Shown piece by piece: positions 31,226 through 40,338 of a DNA stretch of 64,000 nt. Source of the DNA: Acidobacteriota bacterium (GTDB taxonomy: Bacteria > Acidobacteriota > UBA890 > WLXD01); the NCBI GenBank assembly GCA_963666215.2, contig CAXWPL010000004.1, positions 864,001 to 928,000 on the forward strand, in the 5' to 3' direction. Position numbers and translations under genes: made by a program. Position 1 is the first letter of the stretch. Each line of letters starts with the position of its first letter. Under the pieces are notes generated by a model, which was not told the origin of the DNA, searched no databases, and was given only the letters and a program-made list of their open reading frames with translations.

Positions 31226-32437
31226 CTAGTCGGGCGTAGCTACGGAGATCGATTCTGCCGGCGCGGACATCGCTGGCGGCTGCTGTGCGAGGACGTTCCG
31301 CAGCAGCGGGATGTAGAAGCCCCAGTAGAAAGACTCGTTTTCGCTGAGGGTCGTCGGCGACAAACGCGCGATGGTGCGGTTGAACCAGGGCAGCCCCTCC
31401 AGATAGTGCGGGCCCAGGTTGCGAGCGGCGTCGGAAAAGTCGCCAGCCATGTAGAGGCGTACCGGCGAGCCGTCCGCGCCGGCGCTTACAACCGCCGGAA
31501 AGCGGCTCGGTACGTGATGGCGCGATAGCAGCTCAATGCCGGCCTCGGTGAGGTCGAGATCGAAATTCGCCTGAACGACGGCGCCGGGTTGCGGGGCGAC
31601 GATGTCGAACCAGTACTCGAAGGCGATGTCGCCGAGCACTCCGTCGGTGAGAGGTTGATTACCCGTCGGGCTGACGCGTAGACCCCGAGCCGTCACCTCT
31701 TCGTTGCGGCGCAGTACGAGCAAGGTCGCGTTTTCATGGACAACGATGTAACCGGGGCCTTCGAAGCTCCAGTCGGAGTCGTTCTGTGTCCTCCATTCAC
31801 GGAAAGCCCACGCCGGCACCTCGCGCTCATCTGCCAGATCCGGGAAGAAGCGTCCGGTCCAGCCGCTCCATTTGACCCCGAGAAGGTTTTCCATTCTCGA
31901 ACGCGCCACACCGGTCGTGGGGTGGGCGAAGGTATTGAATTCCGCGATCAGACCGCCGCCGCGGCCGACGAACTGTTCAATCAGCTCGACCTCACTGAGC
32001 TCGAGCCCACCAAAGATACGTGCCGAGTAGTCGAGGGCAGCTCGCTGGCCGCTGCGTTCGTAGTCACCGGTGTACACACCGTAGGTGTCGGCGACGAACA
32101 GAAGGTTGGCTCCCTGCAGATCGGCGGCAGTCACCGCGCGGCCTTCACCGCGGCTTTCGATCTCCGGTTGCGGCTTGAAACCGACGTAGTCGCTGGCCAG
32201 CGCCCAGCCTGTGCTGCCCTCCGGAGTGCGGGCCTTCTCGTGGCGTAGCACCCAGAACAACGCCCGATGCTCGCGATAGTCACGGTGTGGCACCGTCTTG
32301 TCGACGACACGCACGCTCCAATCGGAGGCGGGCTTGGCGAGCCACCTCAGCGGTGCCGCCAGACACGAGAATGTCGTCAGGCAGATGGAGGCGATGCCGA
32401 GCGCCAGAAAGACCCGGCCCCGTCGATTGCTACGCAT
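31226..32437 (-). CDS. Membrane-anchored hypothetical protein
   Basis: Long ORF with an N-terminal TM and protein-like composition (DKTVP..YREH, ADTYGVY, AEFNTF). Start uncertain. Confidence 0.7.
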   Translation of the reverse strand: MRSNRRGRVFLALGIASICLTTFSCLAAPLRWLAKPASDWSVRVVDKTVPHRDYREHRALFWVLRHEKARTPEGSTGWALASDYVGFKPQPEIESRGEGRAVTAADLQGANLLFVADTYGVYTGDYERSGQRAALDYSARIFGGLELSEVELIEQFVGRGGGLIAEFNTFAHPTTGVARSRMENLLGVKWSGWTGRFFPDLADEREVPAWAFREWRTQNDSDWSFEGPGYIVVHENATLLVLRRNEEVTARGLRVSPTGNQPLTDGVLGDIAFEYWFDIVAPQPGAVVQANFDLDLTEAGIELLSRHHVPSRFPAVVSAGADGSPVRLYMAGDFSDAARNLGPHYLEGLPWFNRTIARLSPTTLSENESFYWGFYIPLLRNVLAQQPPAMSAPAESISVATPD

Positions 32438-32654
32438 AGCTCCCCATAGCTCGCGGTGGCGCCAACGGTCCCGCGGGCGCCGTTTGCGGCGTCGATTCGT
32501 CCGGGCACCACCCAAGCACCGCTCAATGCATCGTAGCGGCCGGGAGGATCAACTCGAACCCCTATCTCGTGCCTGGCCGAGTGCCGCGCCGGGGCGATCG
32601 TTGCCGGCAGCGATCATGCTCGGCGGCGAGTCGCGCGGTCAGTCCGCTCGGGAG

Positions 32655-33959
32655 TTACTCAACCAACGATTGGTAGCGCTGCATGAAGCGGCGGTCGATC
32701 CAGTCCTTGAGATGCCAAGCCCAGCGGCTATGCGAGACGAAAACGCCATAGCTGAGTAACGCTCGACCGTCGGCTGTGTTGAGGATCGACAGGAACCCCG
32801 ACTGTGGCTCGTAGGCCGGTAGCACGGCCCGGTCGGTTCGCTCGCTGCCGAGCAACCTCCGCGCCCAGGCCGGTAGCGCGCCCGCTGCCGTGCCTTGCGG
32901 CTGGTGCAAACGTCGATGCTTGGAGGCGGCCAGCGCCTTCAGTGTCTCCCAAAGGACGGGGCCTTGGCGCACGGAATACACGCCGGCCTTGGGAGTGTCG
33001 CGGTGCGCGGCCAGCGTGGCGCAATCGCCTACCGCCATCACATCGGGGTGCGAGCACGAGCGCAGTGCGCTGTCAACGAGAACGAAGCCGCGATCGTCGA
33101 CCGACAGGCCGCTGTCGGTGAGCCACGCTAGCGGCGCGGCGCCCGTCAACCAAATGATCAAGTCGCTCGGCAGGACCTCGGCACCGCCAATCTCGAGCGC
33201 CCCTTCGGTTAGCGAGGTGACCTCGGCGCCGATGCGGATGGCAATGCCTCTTCGGGCAGCGAGCTTCTCGGCCCGTGTGCGGAAACGGGTCGAGTACTTG
33301 TTCAAGATCTGCTCGCCGCTTTCGAGCAGTGTGATCTGGGGCTCGCACCCTGCTGTTTCGAGGGCGGTCGAAGCCGCGAAGGCGATCTCGTAGCCGGCCG
33401 CGCCAGCGCCCACAACTGCCACACGTACGCTGTGCCGGCCTTTGGCACTTCGCTGCCCGGCCAGCGCGCTCAACTCCGCGCGCAGGTCGACCGCTCGCGA
33501 AATCGGTTTTACGAGGGCAGCTCGTCGCGCAACATCTGGGTCTAGCTGCCCGATCGCCAGCGAGCCGACATTGAGTGATACCAGATCGTACCCGAGGCTT
33601 TGCCCATCCTCCAGGTGTACGCGTCGCGCGCTCGGATCGAGGCCGATCGCCCGTGAGTCGACGAAGTCGACTCCGGCGAGAGCGGCCAGCGGCGGGAGCT
33701 CGAAGGCGATCTGTTCTTCCGTGTACGCACCGTGCAGGTAGCCGGGTACCATCCCGGAATAGTGATGTTTTTCGCCGGCCGACACGAGTGTCGTCGACAC
33801 GCCGTTGAGACCGTGGAGTGCCATGCGGCGCACGATCTCGAGGTGTGCGTGACCGGCGCCCACGAGCACCAGGTGCAGGTCGAGCGATCGCGTACGAGCT
33901 TGCAGATGAGCGAGCTGTTGTTCTCGCCAGGTCGCTGCCTCTGACCGACTCGTGCTCAT
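32655..33959 (-). CDS. FAD-dependent pyridine nucleotide-disulfide oxidoreductase of the family often fused N-terminally to SelD
   Basis: LVGAGHAH, YSGMVPG, VGAGAAG, GDCA, PKAGVYSVRQGP and LKDWIDRRFM. Confidence 0.85.
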   Translation of the reverse strand: MSTSRSEAATWREQQLAHLQARTRSLDLHLVLVGAGHAHLEIVRRMALHGLNGVSTTLVSAGEKHHYSGMVPGYLHGAYTEEQIAFELPPLAALAGVDFVDSRAIGLDPSARRVHLEDGQSLGYDLVSLNVGSLAIGQLDPDVARRAALVKPISRAVDLRAELSALAGQRSAKGRHSVRVAVVGAGAAGYEIAFAASTALETAGCEPQITLLESGEQILNKYSTRFRTRAEKLAARRGIAIRIGAEVTSLTEGALEIGGAEVLPSDLIIWLTGAAPLAWLTDSGLSVDDRGFVLVDSALRSCSHPDVMAVGDCATLAAHRDTPKAGVYSVRQGPVLWETLKALAASKHRRLHQPQGTAAGALPAWARRLLGSERTDRAVLPAYEPQSGFLSILNTADGRALLSYGVFVSHSRWAWHLKDWIDRRFMQRYQSLVE

Positions 33960-34006
33960 GACTGGATCGTCACGTTGCGGGCTTCCGGGGTGGTCGCCGC
34001 AGAGAT

Positions 34007-34750
34007 CTACCGAGAGGCCGACGTCGCCGAAGTCGACGACATCGCGGGAAGCCCCGACATCTCGGTGTTGTTCGCGATCACGCGAAAACGCACGGTCACT
34101 TCGGTTCCGTCGGGCGGTAGCACACCGGGCTTCGGCCGGAAATGCGTTGCGCCAGCGACGAAATCACGCACGGTGTAGCGCGCATTGCCAACCTTGCTGC
34201 CAGGGCAGGAGTACAAACACACCAAACAGCCAGAGTGCCAGTGTTCGATGTTGTCGCGATGACCGCCGAAACGCATTTCGAAACCGCGTTCGCCGCCGTC
34301 CTCGAGAAGCTCATGCAGCCCGAGCTCGCGGCCGTCGGGCAGCGCGACAGTAACGTCGATTGCCGACCCCTCGATGACACCATCTGGGGCGCTCGAGCTT
34401 TCCTCGTAGCGATCGTCCCAGGCGTCGATCCGGAGAGCGTTGCCCGGGTCGGCACCGACGGCGATGAGTGCTTCGAGCAGTTGCACGTCGGTTACGCTTG
34501 CTCGCAACAGCGCAGCGTCGATCGCACGACCGCCCTGCCACACAACCAGGTGATAACCAGCCATGTCGGAGCGTTCGAACTCTGCGGCAGAGACGATCGC
34601 CGGCACCTCCACGGTGCCGGCGTCGCGAACCGTCACCTCGCCCGGTGGAGGTGCTCCGCAACCCGATGACAGCACGACGAGGAGCGCGGACACCTGAGTG
34701 AGAGCGCTTCGCGCCAGACAGGATCCGTTCCCTCTCCAGGCGTTGTTCAT
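34007..34750 (-). CDS. YdjY-like exported Cys-motif protein, probable lipoprotein
   Basis: LSSGC lipobox, GADPGN, RFGG, GCLVCLYSCPG and VLPPDGTEVTVRF. Confidence 0.7.
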   Translation of the reverse strand: MNNAWRGNGSCLARSALTQVSALLVVLSSGCGAPPPGEVTVRDAGTVEVPAIVSAAEFERSDMAGYHLVVWQGGRAIDAALLRASVTDVQLLEALIAVGADPGNALRIDAWDDRYEESSSAPDGVIEGSAIDVTVALPDGRELGLHELLEDGGERGFEMRFGGHRDNIEHWHSGCLVCLYSCPGSKVGNARYTVRDFVAGATHFRPKPGVLPPDGTEVTVRFRVIANNTEMSGLPAMSSTSATSASR

Positions 34751-34765
34751 GGAATCATTGTAGCC

Positions 34766-35203
34766 GTGCTTGTCGACGCCGCCTGGTCCGAACAGCTGAT
34801 GGCCATGCTGGCCCTCGTGGGTCTGTTGATCTCGACCTACTTCACCGCCATCGCCTACCGCTGGGTGGAGCCGGGCCTCGAAAGGGCCTGGATCCCGAGC
34901 TTCTGCCGTATGGGCGAGGCGACGTGCGCGACGATCGTCTTCACCCCGCGGGCCCGCGTCTTCGGCCTGCCCAACTCGGTGCTCGGCCAGCTTTTCTATT
35001 CTGCCCTGCTCGCCGGCGTGGCGATGGATTGGCTGCACACGCCGCACCTACTCGTCTACTTGGCCGCGAGTGCGCTGACCGTGGTGCTGGCGATCTTCCT
35101 GTCGTACTCGCTGCTGTTCATTACCCGCGTCAAGTGCTCGCTCTGCTTCGCGAGTCACGCGATCAACGTGGCGATTTTTTTGCTCCTGCTCGGTCGGTTT
35201 TGA
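34766..35203 (+). CDS. Vitamin K epoxide reductase (VKOR) family protein
   Basis: C-x6-C loop, VFGLPNSVLG, TM helices and the CSLC active site. Confidence 0.85.
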   Translation: MLVDAAWSEQLMAMLALVGLLISTYFTAIAYRWVEPGLERAWIPSFCRMGEATCATIVFTPRARVFGLPNSVLGQLFYSALLAGVAMDWLHTPHLLVYLAASALTVVLAIFLSYSLLFITRVKCSLCFASHAINVAIFLLLLGRF

Positions 35204-35228
35204 CGTTGGGCGCGATGCCGACGGTGTT

Positions 35229-35693
35229 TTGAAGGCCGGACAGCTTGAGCTGCCGGATTCGTACCGCTACGGCGTGCTGTTGAGTGCGGATTTCTGGGAG
35301 TTCCTGCAGGAGACACGAAACCAGCTCGTGGTGCCACTGGAGCTCCTCAGGCTCTTCGTGGATCGTCCGACTGGCTGGGACTACCTGTGCTTCCTCGTGG
35401 CTCGCTGTGGGGCTGCCAGGCGGGCGTCGAAGGTGCCGCACGAGGCGTTGGTGTCACTCTTCAGGGACACAGAGAAGCAGAGCGATCGAAACATCATCCG
35501 ACGACTCAAGCGCTACCACGCTGAGATCATGGTGGCCACGGGAGGAAGACTCCGCGCTGAGCTCGTCGAGGATGGCCACTTCCCTGCTGCGGGGCGCGGA
35601 AGGCCGCGCAAACGTTGGGCGCTTGTCGTGCGACCGAGCAAGTCGGTGATTGTTGCCGGTAAGGTGATCGATCTTGAGGTGCCGGCAGAGTAG
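35229..35693 (+). pseudogene. repA: C-terminal half of a plasmid replication protein (RepA_C/IncW-like)
   Basis: Begins exactly at the left TTGAA with no RBS; VLLSADFWEFL..VVPLELLR..WDYLCFL; in frame with the right-end half on circularisation. Confidence 0.7.
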
Positions 35694-35792
35694 GAAGGCC
35701 ACACTTCCCTTACTACTAACGGCAACTTGCCGGATTTTCCGATAACTTGCTCGTCGTTCCGTCGAAAAAAGCCGAGTAGAGAACGTCCTATG

Positions 35793-35830
35793 GGTATAAG
35801 AGTCTACGGAAACTCTTAGACTCTTATACC
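35793..35830. repeat. Palindromic box R1 (8-mer array)
   Basis: GGTATAAGAGTCTA-cggaaactct-TAGACTCTTATACC, perfect 14-bp arms. Confidence 0.9.
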
Positions 35831-36018
35831 AAAAGAGCTGTTGGGTTGAGCTCTTCGCCGGCAGCGGACCGCGTTTATGTGCCGCAAAAACGCGCCTAGA
35901 GGGCGCTCAGAGAACGCGACCCTGAAGGATGTGGTTTTCCTTGTTCTTAGGGCTACGGGCTCTTCTCGAGGCTCTTAGGAGCTCTGCGGGCATGCCTGGT
36001 TCGGAACACTCCCCTACC

Positions 36019-36795
36019 TCACGCTGCTTTGGCGAGCCTTTCGGTGGCGTACTGCTTCATCCGATACGTGAAGACTCGCGCGGGATGCTTTGCCCCATCG
36101 GCTTTGATCTCGGAGAGCGCCTGGAAGATGACGTTGTGCGGCACCTTCGACGCGACCAGATAATAGAACTTGTTTGACTTGTGATCGCCGAACTCAGCGA
36201 GGATGTCGTCGGTCATGAGTTTGGTGGCAGCTTCTTCTTCGTCGAGATCCGGGAGCGCCTTAAGGGGGTTTTTGCTTTTACCGTTGGGTTGGTAGCTAAC
36301 GGTATTAGTTTCTCTATTCACTTCTCTATTACTACTACCCTTCTCAGGGGTGGTCTGATCACGGACGCCTTGTTGAGCGTCGGTTGCGGGAGCCGAGAAG
36401 CGACTCTCGAGGTAGAACCACTCCTTGCGGCGAGAGCCGTCCTGCTGCTCGCTGATGTCAACCCACTCGCCGAGCACGAAGATGGTCTCGCGGCCGGTTC
36501 GAAGGCGCTTGATCACCCGAAGCTCCTCAAGAGCTTTCAGGTAGTCGGTCACTCGATTGACCGTCTTGATGCCTAGAGTCGCGGCCAACCGTTGTCGGCC
36601 AACAGCTGCAACGAGTTTGCGTTCCTGGTGGTAGAAATCCTGCAGCTGGAGACGGTGGGGGCCACCACGCCAAACGAACCTTCGGAGTGCCAGATACACG
36701 GCAAACTCGGGACGACGGAGGAACTCCTGAAAATCAGGGTCGTCGAGGAGCGCGAAGTCGAGCATCAGGAATTGTCGATTGAAGTTCTCCGTCAT
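36019..36795 (-). CDS. Winged-HTH protein, possible second replication initiator
   Basis: FAVYLAL...RQRLAATLGIKTVNRVTDYLKALEELRVI HTH, low-complexity linker and small helical C-domain; lies next to the par genes. Confidence 0.6.
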   Translation of the reverse strand: MTENFNRQFLMLDFALLDDPDFQEFLRRPEFAVYLALRRFVWRGGPHRLQLQDFYHQERKLVAAVGRQRLAATLGIKTVNRVTDYLKALEELRVIKRLRTGRETIFVLGEWVDISEQQDGSRRKEWFYLESRFSAPATDAQQGVRDQTTPEKGSSNREVNRETNTVSYQPNGKSKNPLKALPDLDEEEAATKLMTDDILAEFGDHKSNKFYYLVASKVPHNVIFQALSEIKADGAKHPARVFTYRMKQYATERLAKAA

Positions 36796-36867
36796 AGGAA
36801 CACCCGCAGTATGGGGCGTAATCGCAGGTTTGGCGAGGTTCGGGGTGTGGATAGCAACCGGCCTACA

Positions 36868-36904
36868 GGTATAAGAGTCTACGGAAACTCTCGGACTCTT
36901 ATCC
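36868..36904. repeat. Palindromic box R2
   Basis: GGTATAAGAGTCTACGGAAACTCTCGGACTCTTATCC. Confidence 0.88.
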
Positions 36905-37162
36905 GAGCTTTCTGTTGGTATATTTGCTCAGGAGCTCAACGGCGACATCGCGCATTGAGCGGCCTTCTTGAGCCGCCATGACCTTGAGGGCGGCGTGCAA
37001 GTCAGCGGGCAAATCGAAGGTTGCTCGCACCCTACCCGGTGCGGGCTTTTTGCTGCGCGAGGAGGCCGGTGCCTTGTCTGGCGCCGTGGTAGCGGCCTTC
37101 CCTACAAAGGCTGCTTCGTCGAATCCCTTGCGGGCTTTCTTGGTCTTGCGTGGTGATTTCAT
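36899..37162 (-). CDS. ParG/omega-like ribbon-helix-helix centromere-binding protein
   Basis: Flexible N-terminus plus [33 protein letters not shown]; ATGA-coupled to parA. Confidence 0.8.
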   Translation of the reverse strand: MKSPRKTKKARKGFDEAAFVGKAATTAPDKAPASSRSKKPAPGRVRATFDLPADLHAALKVMAAQEGRSMRDVAVELLSKYTNRKLG

Positions 37163-37806
37163 GGTGTGATTCCGAGTGCGTTAACGAGACGGGCGAACTC
37201 AGCCGCGGCCTTGCCGCGGGGCTCGTGCTCGACGACGGCGAGGCCCTCCCCTATTGAGCGAGCCCATGCCGTGCGGTGATAGATGGGTGTGTCAAGCAGC
37301 TCGACCGGAGAATCTGCGAGTTGTTCCCGCAGATTCTCGAGGGCGTCGCGAGCAATCACGGTCTGATCGAGCTTGTTGACGACTCCGAGGATGCGGAGCT
37401 GCTCGAATTGTGGGGCGAGCTCTCGAAGTATGGAGAGCATGTCCTCTGCTGCCCAGGTGTCGAAGGCAGAGGGCGCGAAGGGCACCAGGATGGTGTCAGC
37501 CGCTAGGAGCGCTGTCCTAAGCGCTGGATTGTCGCGGCCGCCGGCGTCGACGACGACCAGGTCGTAGCCTTCGGCGAGCTCGGGCACCTGCGTGTGGATC
37601 ACGGGCCTGGTGATCTGGACAGCTTGAAAAGCCGGAGCGTCACCGTCGCGAACCGTGATGAACTGCATGATGCTGCCCTGCGGGTCAGCGTCGATGACGA
37701 GCACACGCTGCCCCTGCCGGGCGGCGAAAACGGCCAGGTTGACGGCCAGGGTGGACTTCCCCACCCCACCCTTGGTATTTGCGACGGTGATGACGTGTGC
37801 GGCCAT
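37159..37806 (-). CDS. parA: Type Ib plasmid partition ATPase (ParA/ParF)
   Basis: [16 protein letters not shown] and VVVDAGG; 215 aa with no N-terminal HTH. Confidence 0.92.
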   Translation of the reverse strand: MAAHVITVANTKGGVGKSTLAVNLAVFAARQGQRVLVIDADPQGSIMQFITVRDGDAPAFQAVQITRPVIHTQVPELAEGYDLVVVDAGGRDNPALRTALLAADTILVPFAPSAFDTWAAEDMLSILRELAPQFEQLRILGVVNKLDQTVIARDALENLREQLADSPVELLDTPIYHRTAWARSIGEGLAVVEHEPRGKAAAEFARLVNALGITP

Positions 37807-37810
37807 GATT

Positions 37811-37860
37811 CTAAGAGTATAAGAGACTATGAGTCTAAGAGAACTCTTAGACTCTTATAC
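37811..37860. repeat. 8-mer array R3 (centromere/operator) upstream of parA
   Basis: ctaagagt ataagaga ctatgagt ctaagaga actcttag actcttat: four direct and two inverted units. Confidence 0.88.
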
Positions 37861-38152
37861 TAGCAGAGATGCAATCGAGAATGTAGCGGTCACACGCAGT
37901 GAGGGAAGAGGCCATCCGGTAGGAGCGAGCCTGCACAGCGCGGTCGGCTTCGACAAGACCGACGCTCGACAGAAGGGACAAGTGCTTGCGGATAACGCGG
38001 CCCGAGATGTTCAGGAGAGCAGAGAGCTCCGCAACCGTTGCTGGAGTCTTGAGACTGTGGAGGTGGCGGAGGATGCCGCGACGAGTGCGGTTTGAGAGAG
38101 CGAAGAAGAAACGTGCGAGGCGAGCATTGTCGCGTTTGCGGGTGGGGGCCAT
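37847..38152 (-). CDS. ArsR-like HTH protein
   Basis: [13 protein letters not shown]...[29 protein letters not shown]. Confidence 0.7.
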   Translation of the reverse strand: MAPTRKRDNARLARFFFALSNRTRRGILRHLHSLKTPATVAELSALLNISGRVIRKHLSLLSSVGLVEADRAVQARSYRMASSLTACDRYILDCISASIRV

Positions 38153-38190
38153 CCTTTCAATGTACGCGCATTTGGGAGGTTGGCAATGGG

Positions 38191-38223
38191 GATAAGAGTC
38201 TAAGAGAACTCTTAGACTCTTAG
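38191..38223. repeat. Palindromic box R4
   Basis: GATAAGAGTCTAAGAGAACTCTTAGACTCTTAG. Confidence 0.88.
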
Positions 38224-38240
38224 CTCAGTAAGGGCCATTC

Positions 38241-38534
38241 TCAGCGCACGCGCCCCTTGATGACTTCCGGATCTCGGGCGCCGTGGATAACGGCGAGGAT
38301 CGTTACGTAGTCGTCGATGAGCTCATAAAGAACAAGGTAAGGAAAGCCTTCAACGAGAGATCGTCGAGCAGTATGGTGGACGACGGGGCCAGACTCCGGA
38401 AAGGTGAGGAGATCTGAGATCTTCGCCAGCAGGCTAGCGTAGAAGCGATCACCGAGGCCACGCTGGGCATCGTTGTAGAAGGAGACGATTTCAGCGATCT
38501 GTTGATCGACGCGTTCGGCGTAGCGGAGTTTCAC
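38241..38534 (-). CDS. RelE/ParE family toxin
   Basis: FYNDAQRGLGDRF...FPESG...GFPYLVLY...ILAVIHGARDP. Confidence 0.88.
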   Translation of the reverse strand: MKLRYAERVDQQIAEIVSFYNDAQRGLGDRFYASLLAKISDLLTFPESGPVVHHTARRSLVEGFPYLVLYELIDDYVTILAVIHGARDPEVIKGRVR

Positions 38535-38758
38535 GAGCGTCGGAGACGTTCAACACTCGCCGTAAACTCGTCGTGGGAAAGACAGTCCTCGGGGCGCTCA
38601 CGTACCTGCTTCATACGCTCGTCAAGGAGCTGCTTCTGTGCATCGCTTAGCTCAAACGAGGGTGGGGGAGACGCACTCTCCCACAAGGCGTGTGCGAGCT
38701 CGAGGCGCTCGTCGACAGGCAGTTTGAGCACTGCTTCTTGTAGGTCTGCTTTTGTCAT
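38531..38758 (-). CDS. Addiction-module antitoxin (TIGR02574-type)
   Basis: LKLPVDERLELAHALWES...LSDAQKQLLDER; overlaps the toxin start. Confidence 0.85.
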   Translation of the reverse strand: MTKADLQEAVLKLPVDERLELAHALWESASPPPSFELSDAQKQLLDERMKQVRERPEDCLSHDEFTASVERLRRS

Positions 38759-38797
38759 GTCTCTACAGTGTACGGGAAATCACGAGGTTGGCAATCG

Positions 38798-38942
38798 GAT
38801 AAGAGTCTACGGAAACTCTTAGACTCTTATACCAAGTACAGACAGCCTACTGTGACGAAATCCATTTCGGCATGGTGATCATGATTGCCGAAATACGCAG
38901 ATAAGAGGATAAGGAGACTCTTATATACTATAATACTCTTAG
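38798..38942. repeat. Palindromic box R5 (38798-38833) and degenerate box R6 (about 38900-38942)
   Basis: GATAAGAGTCTACGGAAACTCTTAGACTCTTATACC, then ataagagg ataaggag actcttat...actcttag. Confidence 0.85.
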
Positions 38943-38950
38943 TACCAAAA

Positions 38951-40130
38951 CGGGGATGTCACAGGCTCCGTTGAAAAAGGGTGACGGTGATCCGACCTCG
39001 ATAGTGTGTCGGGGTCAATCCACTGGCATGGAGGATCACCGTCATGAGCAAGAGTCGCAGAACAGAGACAAGTAGGAAAGCGGAGCGCCAAGAGAACCCG
39101 CTCCTGGAGGCAGTGGTAGCGGCGCGATCGGATCTACGAGCGCTGGTCATGGACGCGGGCTTCGGGGTGTTGGGTTCGCTGCTGGAAGAAGACCGGGCGG
39201 AGCTCTGCGGAGAGCGCTACGCGCGGTCACAGCAGCGGCGGGCGTACCGACACGGCTACGACGAGGGCTCGCTGGTGATGGGCGGCCGGCGGGTCAAGGT
39301 ACGCAAGCCGCGGGCTCGGAGCGTCGATGGCCAAGAGCTGCCGCTGCTGGTGATCGACGGCACGCACATGGGCAAGCACTTGTTGGTGATCGCCATGGGC
39401 ATCGACGCGGACGGCGTCAAGCATGTGCTGGGTGTCGTAGAGGGCACCACGGAGAGCTCCCACGTGTGCCGGTCGCTGCTGCGGCAGTTGATCGAGCGCG
39501 GCATGCCCGTCGAACGGGCGCGGTTGGTGGTAATCGATGGCTCCAAGGGCCTCCGTAAAGCAGTGCGCGACACGTTCGGCGAGTGGGCCCTGATCCAGCG
39601 CTGCCGTGTCCACAAGATCAAGAATGTATTGGAGCATCTGCCAGGGCATATCCGGCCCTGGTTCGCAGCCAAGATCCGCAAGGCGTGGAAGGCGGAGACG
39701 GCCACGGCAGCGACCAAGCAGCTCGACGCCGTGGTCAAGGAGCTGGAGACCGATCACCCCGGTGCAGCGGCCTCGCTCAGAGAAGGAATGCAAGAGACGC
39801 TCACCGTCACTCGGCTCCGAGTTCAGGGGCCGCTGCTTCGGACGTTACGTTCAACGAATACGATCGAGAACCTGAACGGGACGATCAAACACGTCAGCCG
39901 CAACGTAAAGCGGTGGCGCTCCGGGAGCATGATCGTTCGATGGGCGGTTACTGCACTCATCGAGGCCGAGAGCAAGTTCCGGAGGGTTCGTGGCTACCGC
40001 GACATCGCCAAGCTCGATGCCGCACTCAACACCGCCGTCGACGTTCCCCTTGAGCAGGAGCGCCGTACTGCGTAACAATCCCCAACCACTTCACCGTCGC
40101 CTTAGTTCAACGGACGGTGGGACATCCCCG
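38951..40130 (+). mobile_element. IS256-family element, internally deleted
   Basis: 25-bp imperfect TIRs CGGGGATGTCacaggcTCCGTTGAA / CGGGGATGTCccaccgTCCGTTGAA; no 8-9 bp target duplication. Confidence 0.85.
39044..40075 (+). pseudogene. IS256 (mutator-like) transposase with an apparent in-frame internal deletion
   Basis: IDG, VIDGSKGL, QRCRVHK and STNTIEN motifs; PRARSVDGQELPL runs directly into LVIDG, skipping the usual intervening region. Confidence 0.75.
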
Positions 40131-40320
40131 CGAAGCCTACTACTGCTAGATAACTACTGTTCTTTAGATACTGAAGATACTGTTCTCCGCTGGCGCCCTT
40201 TGAGCTCAACGGGTTGGCGGGAATTACGGGGCCTGATTCACGTACGCAGGGGTATTTTCGGGGCCTGATTCACGTGGAAAACGTGAGCGTCCACAAGGGC
40301 CTGTGGAAAGGTGCTAGCCT
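40131..40320. other. Putative plasmid replication origin
   Basis: AT-rich TACTG-repeat tract at 40138-40196; exact 17-bp iteron-like repeats CGGGGCCTGATTCACGT at 40227 and 40259; immediately upstream of the rep ATG. Confidence 0.65.
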
Positions 40321-40338
40321 GCCGTGCGGGGGTGAGGC

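Noticed and set aside
33956-34009. Stop-codon read-through or recoding in the YdjY-like gene (TAG followed by 16 codons to an in-frame ATGA overlap)
   Set aside because: The recognisable domain ends before the TAG and the tail is low-complexity; there is no Sec or Pyl machinery in the window.
35793-38942. CRISPR array from the recurring ~38-bp palindrome
   Set aside because: Spacing is irregular (about 100 bp to over 1 kb) with whole genes between copies, and there are no cas genes.
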